This document shows, piece by piece, positions 25,351 to 38,181 of a DNA stretch of 64,000 nucleotides (position 1 is the stretch's first letter; each line of letters starts with the position of its first letter). This DNA is from Octopus sinensis. Lineage: Eukaryota. Location: positions 169,694,001 to 169,758,000 of the forward strand of contig NC_042998.1 in NCBI RefSeq assembly GCF_006345805.1. The letters run 5' to 3'. Position numbers and translations under genes: made by a program. The notes beneath the pieces were generated by a model that searched no databases, was not told the DNA's origin, and saw nothing but the letters and a program-made list of their open reading frames with translations.

Positions 25351-25658
25351 ATAATGAAATTATTGTATACAGTGCTCAGGTGCACCACAACTTGTCAAAA
25401 GTGCGTATAAAGCATATGCAGTAATGTACAAATGTCTGGGAAGTGAACAGTGTATGAGTCAGATACATGCTTGCGTGTGTATGGAGGGGAGAAAATCAAG
25501 TGTAGTGTTGGTGAATCTCAGGAAGCATGGAAGTTTTGAAGGATGCGGTGCTCCAACAACTAACGACTGATGCCAGCAGTTTGTTCCTTACTTCAGCAAC
25601 TCTTAGCGTGAAAAAATGTTTCCAAAGTCATGGGAGCTGTGCTGTTTTCTGACTTTGT
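25351..25658 (-). mobile_element. LINE (CR1/L2-like) 3' end with (ATT)n-type tail; same-orientation copy at 30696-31017
   Basis: aatgaaattattgtatacagtgctcaggtgc...gggagctgtgctgtttt..gactttg is present twice with high visual identity. An older related stretch lies at about 29870-30460. Confidence 0.7.
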
Positions 25659-26299
25659 AAACATGTCCACGGGTGTTAGACAGGTGGAGTTTGAAAAGAT
25701 CATAAAAAGATCTCTCTTTTTCAAACTGTATATCTATTTCCTTTCACTCCCATATTTTGTATATTTTGGTAAAACTACCCATACATTATTTTATATTTTT
25801 ACAATTTAAGTTAGGCATGGAGTTTGTTCCTGATTATCTGTGAACTTCGCATTCTATTTCAAGTGACAGCCTGGCTGCGTTTCGCTTGTTCTAAGACATG
25901 TACTAAGGGAGAGCACCGTGAATAAACTTTAAATGTCACGATTGAACTCGGTCGACTCGTACGTAGCAGATAAGGCTTACCAGTCCAGGAAGGTTACAAA
26001 CTTCTCAATTCCAGATTCAGTTACAACAGAGGTTCTCAACGTGAACAGTACCGCCTCTTGGGGAACTCTGGGCATGCCGAAGGCGGTGTTCGGCTTTAGG
26101 GGACGGTGAGGTAACAATTAACATACTAAATTTTACTTATGGTAGTAATTATGTTACACATGATAAAATTAGTAATAGCTTTTAAGATAAAATGTGAACT
26201 CATCGGGCACAGGTAAGTTGTTGACTTGGAATATATAAAGTAAATTTACACCTTCTGTCTTCTTTAATTTTTTAATCATTTCACTGTTAAAAGCTCATA

Positions 26300-26930
26300 C
26301 AGGTTCTCTAGAAGTAGTAGATAAATAATTTCTGCTACCTAGATGATCTAATTAGCAGTGGAGGAGAGGAGGATGTACTGAAAGTATAAGTACTAGAATA
26401 AGAATAGGACGGAGAAAGTTCAATGGGCTTTTACTTCTGTTGCCAACCAAAGGTTTCCATCTAAGAGAAAGGAAGATTTTATGATGTATGTGTATGAAAT
26501 ACAAAGCTACATGGTAGTGAGACGTCGACCTTGAATGCAGAAGACATGTGAAGACTAGAGAGGAATGTAGCAGGTGTGCTCTGCTGGATGTGCAATGTCA
26601 GTGTACATGTGTGACAGAGTGTTAATGTATTGAGAAAAAGGTTAGGTATAAGAGAAATTAAATGCAGTGTACAAGAGAGAAGACTGTGCTGGTTTGGTCA
26701 TATGGTGCATAAAAAAGTGTCAATCACTTAAAGTGGATGAAATTTGTGGAAGAGAGAGACCCTGGAAAACATGGGGGTGAAGTATTGAAGGCCAATTTCA
26801 AAATGCTGAGACTTATGAAGAAGATGACAAAGGATCAAGATATATGTTGCATTGTTGTACTCAAGAAGACTCACCCACCACAACAGAATTGATATCCTAA
26901 AACCAATTTGGTAATGCTTGTCCATGAGGA
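26300..26930 (+). mobile_element. RTE LINE 3' remnant
   Basis: Degenerate YL.DLISSGG...RIRIGRRKF...LHGSET...RLERN...WMCNVSVH-like translation. Confidence 0.65.
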
Positions 26931-27959
26931 GCTCTGCCTTGTCAACTTCCTCCCACTACCCATATTTCATCCCCTAACACCTATCACTACTATTACCTAA
27001 GAGCACAGAATAGGCCCGTACTACACCTGCACCTCTGGCTTTTCCCAGTTATCTTTATTCCCCCATCCAGCCAATTACCTTCTTCCCCAGCCTACAGTCT
27101 TCACCAATCACCTCCTTTCTGTGCCTTTTCTCCCCTCCTTGTGCTGCTTTCTACCATCAATTCCTTATTTGCTTGTTATCATCCTCAATGCCCTCACAAA
27201 TTTTGGTTTCAAATTTTGGCATAAGGCCAGCAATTTCAGGGAAGGGATAAATTAATTTGATCCCAGTGTTCAAGTAGTACTTATTTAATTGATCCTGAAG
27301 GAATGAAAGGCAAAGTTGACTCAGTAGAATTTGAACACAGAACATAAAGATGGACAAAACGCAGCTAAGCATTTTACTCAACATTCTAATGATTCTGCCA
27401 GTTTGCCACCTTGAATAAAAATAAATATTTCATTTGACACAGTAATGTTGATGCTTAACCACCAGGTCTGTTAAAAGACACAAGGTAATAATCATAAAAG
27501 GAAGACAAGAAGCAATAACTGCAAGAAAAAATACCATTTTACATAGGGATAGGTTTAGATAAATATATTGAAGACTCAGTAAGTAGTCGTAATTTAGATT
27601 TTGCGAATGGCTTTTAAATTATTTTATATTTTATTAAATTTAAAAAAAAATCAAATATATAAAATGAAGAATTAATATAACTGAAATAGTTTTGCATGTT
27701 TTTCTCTCCCCACCTTCAGTCGTATATTCATGTTCTATCTTTGGAACATATATATATATAAGTGTGTGTGTGCTCTGAAGAGAGAACACAAATATGATAA
27801 AGGAATGGGATAGAGGAGAAAAACATATTTGGAATGTGTAACATATATATATATATATATTGTTAAATATTATTATTTTGAAAAATTAAGACAGTTCTTA
27901 AAAGCCAGGAAAGCATAACCAAGTATAAATAATTAAGAGTTCTATCCCAGTAACATTGG

Positions 27960-28274
27960 TTACATATTCCAGATTAAAATGGCTAAGTTACCTCCAAAGA
28001 ACAGATACAATAATTTGTGTAGTTCATATGTTATTTCAAAACCAAATCCTTCACCGACAACTACATGCCAACGCCCCTTGAATTTTTTATCCATAGCCTC
28101 TTTAATTGATCGGGCAGCCAATTCATTATTGTCGACAAACTTCTCACAGGCAACAATGACAAGTTCCAGTGTTTCTGTTTTCATTTCTGGTACCATGTCT
28201 GAATATTTGACAAGAGCATACCCTGGGAGAGCAGCTTTTTGTTCAGCTTCCTTCTTTTCAGTTGGTTCGGCCAT
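27960..28274 (-). CDS. DNAL4: Dynein axonemal light chain 4 (LC8 family), 104 aa, single coding exon
   Basis: MAEPTEKKEAEQK...LVKYSDMVPEMKTETLELVIVACEKFVDNNELAARSIKEAMDKKFKGRWHVVVGEGFGFEITYE...LYLFFGGNLAILIW carries the DNAL4-type GEGFGFEIT signature. ATG at 28274-28272. Upstream acceptor ctttctctttgcAG at 28350-28349. AATAAA on the minus strand at 27635-27630. Confidence 0.93.
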   Translation of the reverse strand: MAEPTEKKEAEQKAALPGYALVKYSDMVPEMKTETLELVIVACEKFVDNNELAARSIKEAMDKKFKGRWHVVVGEGFGFEITYELHKLLYLFFGGNLAILIWNM

Positions 28275-29309
28275 TTGTACTTCACATAAGTATTTCAAAG
28301 TTTATTTGTCTTTCATTTCTCCAAGGCAGTACTGGAAATACTTCTGAACTGCAAAGAGAAAGCAGCCTTAATGGGTATGTGCCAACACCACTTTTATCTT
28401 AAACAATTACATCATATATAACACTCTTCACCTCTTTCTAGCCTTTAAACCCAACCTTTAATCTGTTGTTGTTACATTCACTACTGCCAAAGAGTTGTCT
28501 GTGGTTAAAATGTTTGCTTTGCAATTACATGGTTTCAAATTCAGTCTCACTACATGACATCTTGGGCATGTCTTCTACCATAGTTTCAGACTGACCAAAG
28601 CCTTGTGGTTAGAATTTGGATGGTGGAGACTATATGGAATCTCATCAGAGTAGAGTTGGTTTTAAGCCAATTAGACAGATCTGTTCAGATTGGGCCTCTT
28701 GCTAAGAGAGGGGGCCCCATGCCAAGAGAGGGGTTCCAGACACTCTTGAACAGAGTATGCTATGGTGGAGTTTTAGTATATCAATGTGGCTAATGGTGGA
28801 GCCTCAAGCCCTCAATGCTTTTTGGCAGGGACTGGCATACTACACAAAGCATAAAACATCAATCTTCAGCTTTTGTAGAGTAGAGGGCCCCACTAACAAT
28901 TCTCCGATCATGACATTTCCACAATAGTTACTTTTTTTTCTTCCTTTTTCCTTTTTTTCTACTTTCGTTAAGGTATCTTATAGCCAAATTTTAGTGCTGT
29001 CAGCTATTGTTGAATTTTTCTTTCACTTTCTTGAAACTTCAAATGAAAGTTTATCAAAAGGAAGTTTATCAATTTATGAACTTTTTTCAGCCCCTACCCT
29101 TGGCTTGGATACAGACTGATGCTGGTGGGGGGAGGAGGAGAAGATAACTCATGTCAGCGCCTGAACTCACTACAGAGTAATGTAAATATGTTGCAATAAA
29201 TGAAAGCATGGAAATTCGTCAAATAAGAATAATAATAAAGCTGAAGTGAAGAACAAATATATAGTGCGTGTGTTTATTTGGTAAAAAAAAACCCCCAAAA
29301 AAAACCGAC

Positions 29310-29430
29310 CTTCACGAAATGTAACAATGTCTGTTTCAACACACGACTTCACATCAAGAATATTGCAAAATAAATACATAAATGTAACTTCTAAATTTAA
29401 AAAGCTGGTACCACGCAGCTGTAAATAGAT
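29310..29430 (-). promoter_or_regulatory. Candidate non-coding first exon / promoter of DNAL4
   Basis: Small CpG-retaining patch ending in a minus-strand donor AAG|GTCGGT after 29310, which could join the acceptor at 28349. The upper boundary is a guess. Confidence 0.3.
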
Positions 29431-32219
29431 CACAGTTGATTGTTATAGTCTGTTTGGGAACTGTATATTTGGCAAGTAATTTAATTAGCTTTCTATGCCA
29501 ACCTCAAATCATCCCATGGACTTGAAGCAGGTAAGGGGAAACTACTGTTGTGTAACATGTTTTGAATCAGGACATAGAGAAAAAGTTCCAAATAATATTC
29601 CAGCATACCATAAGATTATGTTACTATATTTTCTTCTCTGTTATAATGGTATATAATCTTTGCCAGTAATGAAAATATAATTTGTCTTTTGGGATGTTAG
29701 TTTTTGAATAATTTCCAATAAAATTGAAGAATCAAATTGCAATCACTTCAACTTTTAATCAGATGATTCTTATAATGATGTATGTTGTTGTGATTGTTAT
29801 GTAGCCCCAGATCAGCTCTGAAAAAGCAATAACTTTGTACTTAGGTTGTCAGATCAATGACATGGTACAACCCACAAATCCTTCTTTGTTATATCATCTC
29901 TGTCTAACTGAGTAGCATAATGCACAATCCAACATGTAGTGATAAATCACATGGGGGTGCAATTTATTAATCTGGATGTATTGCACAATCTGCACTGTCA
30001 AGTCTACTGCTGCATATCTGCAGATTCTGGTGCTGGCTAGAAGTGGCCAAATTGATGTCAGTCAGAATGCAACAGTTGCTGGCCCTGAGCACTTATTGTT
30101 AGTATGGTGCATCACAGCACGGTATTTGGGACCTGTGGTGCTAGTCATGTTGCAGCTAATTCTGTGTATATGTGTTGTTTTTTCCCCATTATTGTCTAGG
30201 CTAAGTTGAAGAGATTATGTTTTGTAGCAGTGCTCTGTGATATTGCACCTGTTTAGGTGTTTGGAAGATTCATATAGTGTCAGGAACTATGAGAACTGAA
30301 AATTTATTTGGCAAAAAACTGTGTCCTGAGTATGTCTATATGTACTTTAATTTTCAGTAATTTTGTTTTGTTGTGTAGGTTGTCCATGTGTGTGTGTGGT
30401 CCATTATAATGTAATGAGCTTATTGTATACAGTGCTCAGGTACACTACAACTCATCAGAAAGGGTAGCTAAAAGTACATATACAGTATATAGAATAATGC
30501 ATATTATGAAGTTTAGTGCATTGTTTTGTGTTCTATTTAGAGCTTGGCAATTTGATGTGGAGAAATCGAGGGCTTATGTATGCCTGACATAGTCAGGTAA
30601 ATTTAATATATTGTTTTTATATCATTGTTGTTGTTTCTTTCTGTTTACCAAATGTGATAACTGTAAGTGCTCTAAATATCTTTCTACCTTGTTTTAATAA
30701 TAATAATAATAATGAAATTATTGTATACAGTGTTCAGGTGCACTACAACTTGTCAAAAGTGTGTATAAAGCATATGCATTAATGTACAAATGTCTGGGAA
30801 GTGAACAGTGTATGAGTCAGATACATGCTTGTGTGTGTATGGAAGGGAGAAAATCAGGTGTAGTGTTGGCGAATCTCAGGAAGCATGGAAGTTTTGAAGG
30901 ATGCAATGCTCTGACAACTAACAACTGATGCCGGTAGTTTGTTCCATACTTCAGAAACTCTTACGTGAAAAAGATGTTTCCGAAAGTCATGGGAGCTGTG
31001 CTGTTTTTTGACTTTGTTGTCTTTACCTCCTCTTTTTGTATGAATATTGTAACCCTTTGTATTTTAGTTTTCTATGTGTAGTGTGATTATGTTGTTGAGT
31101 GTGATATTTGGTCATATTGCATATTTTCAAGTGTTTCTGGTAAGAAAGGGAAAGACAGATTTTTTTAGACTGTAGTTGTTTTTGAATCAACAGCCGATCT
31201 AGATTTTATTTCTTTTCAGTAAACTAAAATTGAATAAATTTGTGTTTTATTTTAACCTTTTCATTACCATATTTCTATTGAGATACACAACTTCAGTTTC
31301 AATCAATTTGCAAAATAAAGAAGAATTTAGTAAAATAACTTGGTGTTTGTGTGTCTGTGTTTGCCCCCCCCCCCAACATCGCTTGGCAACTGATGGTGGT
31401 GTGTTTACATCCCCATAACTTAGCGGTTCGGCAAAAGAGACCAATAGAATAAGTACTAGGCTTTCAAAGAATAAGTCTTGGGGTCGACTGGCTCGACTAA
31501 AGGTGGTGCTCCAGCATGGCTGCAGTCAAATGACTGACACATGTAAAAGAGTAGTAACTGGAATAGAAATTAACATGTAATTTTGATGAAAGGTTTTAAT
31601 TTAGATTGCTCTAAAATAGAAAGTTTGTATTATAGAACTGGGGACAGTCTCAGGCAGATTGATATCAAAAGATTAAATAGAATGGGGATTTTTTATTTAG
31701 TTACACAAAGTGAAAGTGAAAGTTAATAAAAAGAGGGTGGTCAGTGAGAATCCAAACTATATCTCTGAGAACAAAGATTCTAAGCATATTGAGTAGATAG
31801 ATTTAAGGGTACTAGTATAACAGTGTTGTAAGGGAGCTTAGGGTACAATGTTCAATAAGTTTAAGGTAGAGGAGCACTGATCGCATATTTAATTAATAAA
31901 AAAAGTGAGTCCAATTATTTCGAATGATATCAACAAGTGAAATTCACTAGGGATAAACATAGGGAAATTATTAAAGGTTAGCTAACAATATGGCATTTAT
32001 TATTTATGCACAATATGACTTAGAGTGAAGCAGTTGCAAATGGGAATAACAAACACAATATCAATACTACCCCCAAAAAATAGTAAAATTTATTTCTAGG
32101 AAACAGTTGAATTACTATTAAAAATGTTCAATGATAAGAGTTCCCTATTTAACACTTGATGAGAGAGTTGGAATCTAGTTAAAAAAGAGGATGAAGACTT
32201 TGTCACATAAACAGAATGT

Positions 32220-34025
32220 GCAAAAGATTTAAACTGAAGGAACTAATTCTTAATATGTTTAAGTGCCTCATTTGGTACAAGGGCTTAGAGCAAACAAAGA
32301 TGCAGAGGCACTTACAAGAATTCTCACTAAACTCGAACAAGCAGACCAGAGTTTAACCCTGCAGACAGTTGTAGAGGAGTGTCAAAGAATGGTAAACTTG
32401 TCAGGACATAAAAATAATTGAAGAGTACAGGCATGTCAATCAGAAAGGAATAAACAAAAAAATGTTAGGACCACACCCATGCTACAGATGCAGAGGCCTA
32501 CATTTCAGGAAGGACTGTCCTTTCAAAACATGCAAATATTAGTTGCCAAAAAAATAGGACACAAGAAATCACATTGTAGAGCAAAATTAGGAAGGTTGAA
32601 CATAAAAAATTCTAAAGTTCTCTCAACGGAAAGTAGAAATCATACCAAAAAGAGGAAATTTGTACATGTAAAAGTAAACAAAGTGAATATTAAATTACAA
32701 CTAGATACTGGTAGCAACATTTTGATTATTGAAACTGACACATGGAAAAGAATTGGGAAACCTACATTATGAAAAACATCAAAAATTGCATGAAGCATGA
32801 CAGGTGAAAAACTACACATCATAGGTGAAATTTGGAGCGATATTACATTTTGTGGTAAAACCTGTAGAGCAAAAGTTTTCATGTTTAAAATGCAACCGAT
32901 CTGTTTGGTACGGACTGGACGAAATTGTTTGATCTATGGGACCTCCCCATAAGTCTGTACTGTAAAAAAAAATAAATGGCTGTTCCACCAGTAAAATAAC
33001 TTATCAAATGAATTGAAGAAAAGATTTTTAAACTTGTTCCCTGAAGTACTGTTGGATAAATTAGGTCTCTGACTGAGGTGTGTTTTCAAATAAATGAAAA
33101 TGTTGTACCTATGTTCAAACCCAATAGAATGGTACCTTTTGCTGTGATAAAACAAATAGAGGAAGAATTAGACAAACTAGAAAAAAATTAGAGTTATTCA
33201 AAAAGTGGATTATTCTAAATGGCAGCACCAATTTTTTGTATTAAAAAGAATATAAAAATCAGGATGCGTGCCAATTTTTCTACTTGTTTGACCAACTGTC
33301 TAAAAATGTGTCACTATTCACTACCAACTCTGGGGCATATTTTCACAAAATTAAACAGTCACAAGATATTTTCGAAACTGGATCTGTCTGATGTGTACCT
33401 ACAGATTAAAGTAGATGAGGAATGCTCAAAATTTCTAACTGAATACGCATAAAGGACTATATAAATATAACAGATTGCTATTTGGTCTAAAGGTTGCACC
33501 TGCAATTTTTCAACAGGTTATGCATGCAATGTTAGCAGACTGTAAATTTGCAATTCCATACCTGGATGATGTATTGATTAAGTGAATCTCGTGATCAGCA
33601 TGTCGAATATGTAAATTGTATTTTTGAAAAATAAGGAGATTATGGTTTCACACTGAGTGAGGAGAAATGTGAATTCTTTTTTTTTTGCCTAAAATTAAGT
33701 ATTTAGGATAAATTATTGATAGAAATGGAAGATAACTGAACCCATCGAGGGTAGAGGCAATTATTGGTATGCCTCCTCTGACTAATATAACAACCTTACA
33801 AGCTTTTATAGGTCTAGTGAATTATCAAAACTACATATCAAACATGTATAATTTGAGAGTTCCACTGAATAATTTGCTAAAAAAAAAAAGGATATACAAT
33901 GGAATTGGTCAAAAAATTGTCAAAATGTATTTGACGATATTAAAAAAATATTAATATCGGGTTTGTCGTTGGCTCATTTCAATCTTGCAGCAGAGATTGT
34001 AGTTTTTGATGCTTCTGAATATGGG
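32220..34025 (+). mobile_element. Ty3/Gypsy (K02A2.6-like) gag-pol remnant
   Basis: Degenerate Cys/His knuckles; protease KLQLDTGSN (32704); RT AAPIF...FSKLDLSDVYLQIKVDEE and YLDDV (33559-33573); RNase H FDASEYG near 34005-34025. Multiple frameshifts. Confidence 0.9.
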
Positions 34026-34189
34026 AAACTCTGCTGACAAAACCTTGGGCAAGATAGAGTTATCCCACTTAGATTGGTTCCAGTTACCAAAGATAGTTGA
34101 CGATGGCAGAATTTCACTAGTTGGCAATCAACAAATTCCAATATTTTGAACAAGTATTTCTTCTGAAGAGGTCACTGGCTAAACACCTC

Positions 34190-35420
34190 TTTTATGGAGT
34201 TTAAAAATGTCCCCAGGTCAAGTGAGTTTTTCAAGATTCTTGCTCTTTTGGCCAAGCAAAGTTTACATCATTTGTTCCCATTGATGTATGGCCCTGGTTG
34301 TTTTAGGAGCTTCCATTTAATTATGTATGCTGTACCCTCCTTTTTTAAACACCATATGTAACTGGCCAGGGATATGCTGTGTTGTTGTGCCCCTCTGATA
34401 TCCTAAAGGAAGACCTTTGACTGTTTAAATGGGCAGTGTGTCTGTGCCCTTGTGCTGGTGTTGTTACAACTACTGTTGTTGCCAGACCCATTGCTGGTGC
34501 TGCTTTGTTTGTTTGTTGAGCGAAGTGGTCTTCGTCCCAGAGCGGGAGAAGTCCAAAACGTGGTCCTTTGCTATTCGTATGACCCGCAGAAGAGAAAGCA
34601 GGTTAACCCCCGACACCGAGAGCATTGACGGATGGATGGATGTGCATCCAGGCTCAGCAGTTGCATAGGAAGTCGAGGATAAGAAACAGGAAAAAAGAGT
34701 GAGAGAAAGTTGGAGTGAAAAAGTACAACAGGGGTCACCACCACCCCCTGCCGGAGCCTCGTGGAGCTTTAGGTGTTTTTGCTCAATAAACACACACAAT
34801 GCCTGGTCTGAGAATCGAAACCGCGATCCTCCGACCGCGAGTCCGCTGCCCTAACCACTGGGCCATTGCGCCTCCTGTTGGTGCTGCTGCTGGTATTGCT
34901 GCCATTGTTGCTGTTATTGCTGGACATGTTGCTTGTGCCACAGTTCCCAACATTGCTGGATGCATTGTTGATGCTGTTGTTATTACTGCTATAGCTGATG
35001 CTGCTGCTTAATGTTCAGCCAGTGTAATTGTCACCACTACTACTTCCATTGCAATTGCTGTTGCTGTTGTTATTATTGGCAGCTGTGTTGTTGGTACACT
35101 GCTGTTATTGCTACCAATGCTGCTACTGAAATTGCCAGAAGCACCTCAGACCCACACACTACACCTTTGGAGTTGTATTGACACCCCCCACCCCACTTGC
35201 CACTCATTGTTATCCCTGTATGATCATCCAGCCTTTGCATGTGGTTTAGAGGTGCTCACTAGTACTTTTTTAATGTTGTATGCACAGTTGAAAGAGACCT
35301 TTAAGTTGTGTCTATTAAACAAATTCCTGTATCTAAGTAACTGTGAGAAGTGTTTATCCACTAATCTAAGGAATATTCTTACAATCATGAGTGCAACATC
35401 CTAACCAGGAGGCCAAGTGC
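34190..35420 (-). mobile_element. Penelope-like element remnant (RT C-terminus, S/N-rich linker, GIY-YIG C-terminus), interrupted by a SINE
   Basis: Minus strand: RIFLRLVDKHFSQLLRYRNLFNRHNLKVSFNC (about 35380-35280), S/N-rich tract, THCPF, then SLASYIWCLKKEGTAYIIKWKLLKQPGPYINGNK*CKLCLAK (about 34375-34250). A related fragment lies at about 52900-53100. Confidence 0.75.
34505..34875 (-). mobile_element. tRNA-head SINE, core A + tail Z, 13-bp TSD
   Basis: Head ggaggcgcaatggcccagtggttagggcagcggac...gtttcgattc; (ACAA)n end; TSD tgctggtgctgct (34492-34504) / tgttggtgctgct (34876-34888). Confidence 0.85.
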
Positions 35421-35439
35421 TTTCAGAGTCACTCTATAT

Positions 35440-36234
35440 CAGCAGTTCTCAACTGGGATCCATATGACCCCTGGAGGATCATTATAAGATTTTTAGAGAT
35501 CCAAGCAAGCAAGATAGTAAATTAGGTGTATGCAGTAGTATATTAAGTGTCCATGAAAGAATATTGATTTAGATGTATTTATTGGAAGAAACAGCTAGTT
35601 TTCTTTCGAAAATGTTTCACATAGTTCAACCTATACAAGTTAATGTTTGAAAAGCAAAATAGGAATTTTGAAAGAAGTACCATAAATCCTTGAGTATAAT
35701 CTGCATGTACTATATACGAGGTTAAAAATTTAAAATATTTTCTAAGCTGTCCGGCAATGTTTATTCAGACGCATTTTGTGATTTCGGGCACGAAGATACC
35801 TTAAGCTAAGCCTGAAAGCAATGAAGTCATAAAAGAATCTTCCATAACTTGCAGTAAGCAACATTTATTAAACTTTATTACTGTTATTTCTTTATTTTCT
35901 GCAAAAAAAATGCACAAAAAAGTTACACGTTTGCATTATGTTTTATACAATAATAATAAAGGACGTTACCATATACATTTTTACAAACCAAGGACGTTAT
36001 ATAGACCTCCTTGACTCAAGTTAGAAAAGGGGTGCATATTATACACAAGGTTTAGGTTTTTCAGAGGTACAGCCCCCGAAAAATCCCCTGCGTATTATAC
36101 TCAAGAGTGGACTATACTCGAGGATTTATGGTATCTATAAAACTAGCTTTTAAACATCGAGAGGCTATGGGGGTCCACCAGATTAAAGTAGTAATTAAAG
36201 AGGCCCATAGGTAAGAAATGGTTGAGAACCATTG
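35440..36234. mobile_element. hAT (Charlie-like) MITE with a nested Tc1/pogo-type MITE at 35680-36131
   Basis: Termini CAGCAGTTCTCAAC / GGTTGAGAACCATTG. The nested element has TA TSDs at 35678-35679 and 36132-36133. No intact 8-bp TSD seen; a SINE starts just to the right. Confidence 0.7.
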
Positions 36235-36951
36235 ATAGGTGCAGGCATGGCTGTGTGGTAAGAAGCTTGCTTCCCAACGACATGGTTTTGGGTTCAGTTC
36301 CACTGCATGGCACCTTGGGTATGTATCTTCTACTATAGTCTTGGGCTAACCAAAGCCTTGTGAGTGGATTTGGTAGACGGAAACTGAAAGAAGCCTGTCA
36401 TATATCTATCTATATGTGTGTGTGTGTGCATGTGTTTGTCTTTTACTTGTTTCAGTCATTAGGCTGTGGCCATGCTGGAGCACTGCCTTGAAGAATTTAT
36501 AGTTGAATGAATTGATCCCAGTGCTTTTTTGTGAAGTACTTATTCTATTGACCTCTTTTGCTGAACTGCTAGGCTACAGAGACGTAAGCACAACACTAAT
36601 TGTCAAGTGATGATGGAGAACATCCTCAGACACACACACACACGTGACAACTATGTGGTGTGGTTGGGAAGCAAACTTCTTACCACACAGCTACGTCTGT
36701 GCCAGATTAATTCTGACATCTTCTACCTCAAGATATGATATAATAACCAGTTGGGGTTGTTGGATTGAATTCTTATTTATTAACCAATTACACTTGTTTG
36801 GTGCCAATGAAATTACAAATAAGCACAATTTCTAATTTTAATTAGTAATTTCAGATACAGAGGCCACCTTAAAATTTTAATTACTACTTCAGGTGAGTGA
36901 GAGTACAAAATTTATTTCTGCCTTATTACATATGGGCTATAAGCCAGTGAG

Positions 36952-37336
36952 TGTGGAGGCGCAATGGCCTATTGGTTAGGGCAGCGGACTCGCGGTCATA
37001 GGATTGCGGTTTCGATTCCCAGACCGGGTGTTGTGAGTGTTTATTGAGCGAAAACACCTAAAGCTCCACGAGGCTCCGGCAGGGGATGGTGGTGATCCCT
37101 GCTGTACTCTTTCATCACAACTTTCTCTCACTCTTACTTCCTGTTTCTGTTGTACCTGTATTTCAAAGGGCCAGCCTTGTCACTCTCTGTGTCATGCTGA
37201 ATATCCCCGAGAACTACGTTAAGAGTACACGTGTCTGTGGAGTGCTCAGCCACTTACACGTTAATTTTATGAGCAGGCTGTTCCGTTGATTCGGATCAAC
37301 CGGAACCCTCATCGTCGTAACCGACGGAGTGCTTCC
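36952..37336 (+). mobile_element. tRNA-head SINE, core A + tail X, perfect 13-bp TSD
   Basis: TSD ATAAGCCAGTGAG at 36939-36951 and 37337-37349. Inserted at the 5' end of a family-B SINE. Confidence 0.9.
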
Positions 37337-37796
37337 ATAAGCCAGTGAGCTGTCAGAATGATGAGCATGTTGGACAAAATGTCACTAAGCATCTTGTTTT
37401 GCAATTGTCTCTCTTTATGTTCTGAGTTCAAATTTTGCCAAGGTTGACATTGTCTTTTATCCTTTTGGGATCGATCGAATAAGTTTTTTTTCCTTTCTTC
37501 GTTTTTTTCTTCCTTTTTTGCTTGCTCGTTTTTTTGTTTTCTTCAGTTTTAGATTTGTATTTTAATGTAGTTTTGTACGTGTTAAGGCATTCTTTCGATA
37601 TGAGTCCCATTTACGTGTATTTGTTTACATTTGAAGAAGAAGATCGCCACTTTCCGTAAAATTTTTATTTTTTTATATATGTGGGGTTAGGGGTGGTGGT
37701 GGTGGTGGGAGTGTATATTTTTTCTTCGGAAATGTAAATAAACCCACGTGGGTTTATAAGTGACAGTTATGTTAATAGTACTGAATGATCGCCATA

Positions 37797-38181
37797 TCTC
37801 TCTCTATATAAACGGCAGTTTGTCTGTGCGTGTTTCTGTGTGTCTGTTTGCTTGTACCCTCACCCTGACCACGGCTTTCAACCGATTCTGATGAAACTTG
37901 ACACACACATAGCCCAATGTCATAATTCAAAACTAACGCAGCGAAAATTTTGAAAAGTTCCCCCAGTTCTGAAAAAAATCGATAAATTCGACATGGGGTC
38001 GAGAATCAGGAATACGAACCACAAACAGTCTAGGGGACGCAACTCTACCTTTTTTAAATCTCAAAAAAAAATTTACCATCATTTTTTTCCATTTTTTTGC
38101 TACTTTTTGGCTATAACTCTCTAAAAATGCTTTATAGTTATTTCCCTTACAAACCTGAGCAACGCCGGGCGATACTGCTAG
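37797..38181 (+). mobile_element. Non-autonomous Helitron (385 bp)
   Basis: A|TC start (36-nt context cata|tctctctctatatataaacgg), subterminal hairpin cctgagcaacgccggg, CTAG|T end at 38178-38182, no TSD. Confidence 0.9.

Noticed and set aside
27979-28347. 122-aa plus-strand ORF
   Set aside because: Antisense shadow of DNAL4 with no recognisable motif.
34163-34190. CTGAAGAG gtcactggct AAAC
   Set aside because: Could be a decayed hammerhead, but G12 is missing and no stem I or stem III pairing is found.
36952-37025. tRNA-like sequence with A and B boxes (also at about 34800-34875, 57281-57350 and 58851-58925)
   Set aside because: These are SINE heads. They continue into repeat bodies bounded by TSDs, and I cannot fold a complete cloverleaf with an acceptor stem.
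37888-37900. CTGATGA hammerhead-core heptamers (also at 46922 and about 15630 on the minus strand)
   Set aside because: No stem II followed by GAAA, NUH and stem I in register; treated as chance matches.
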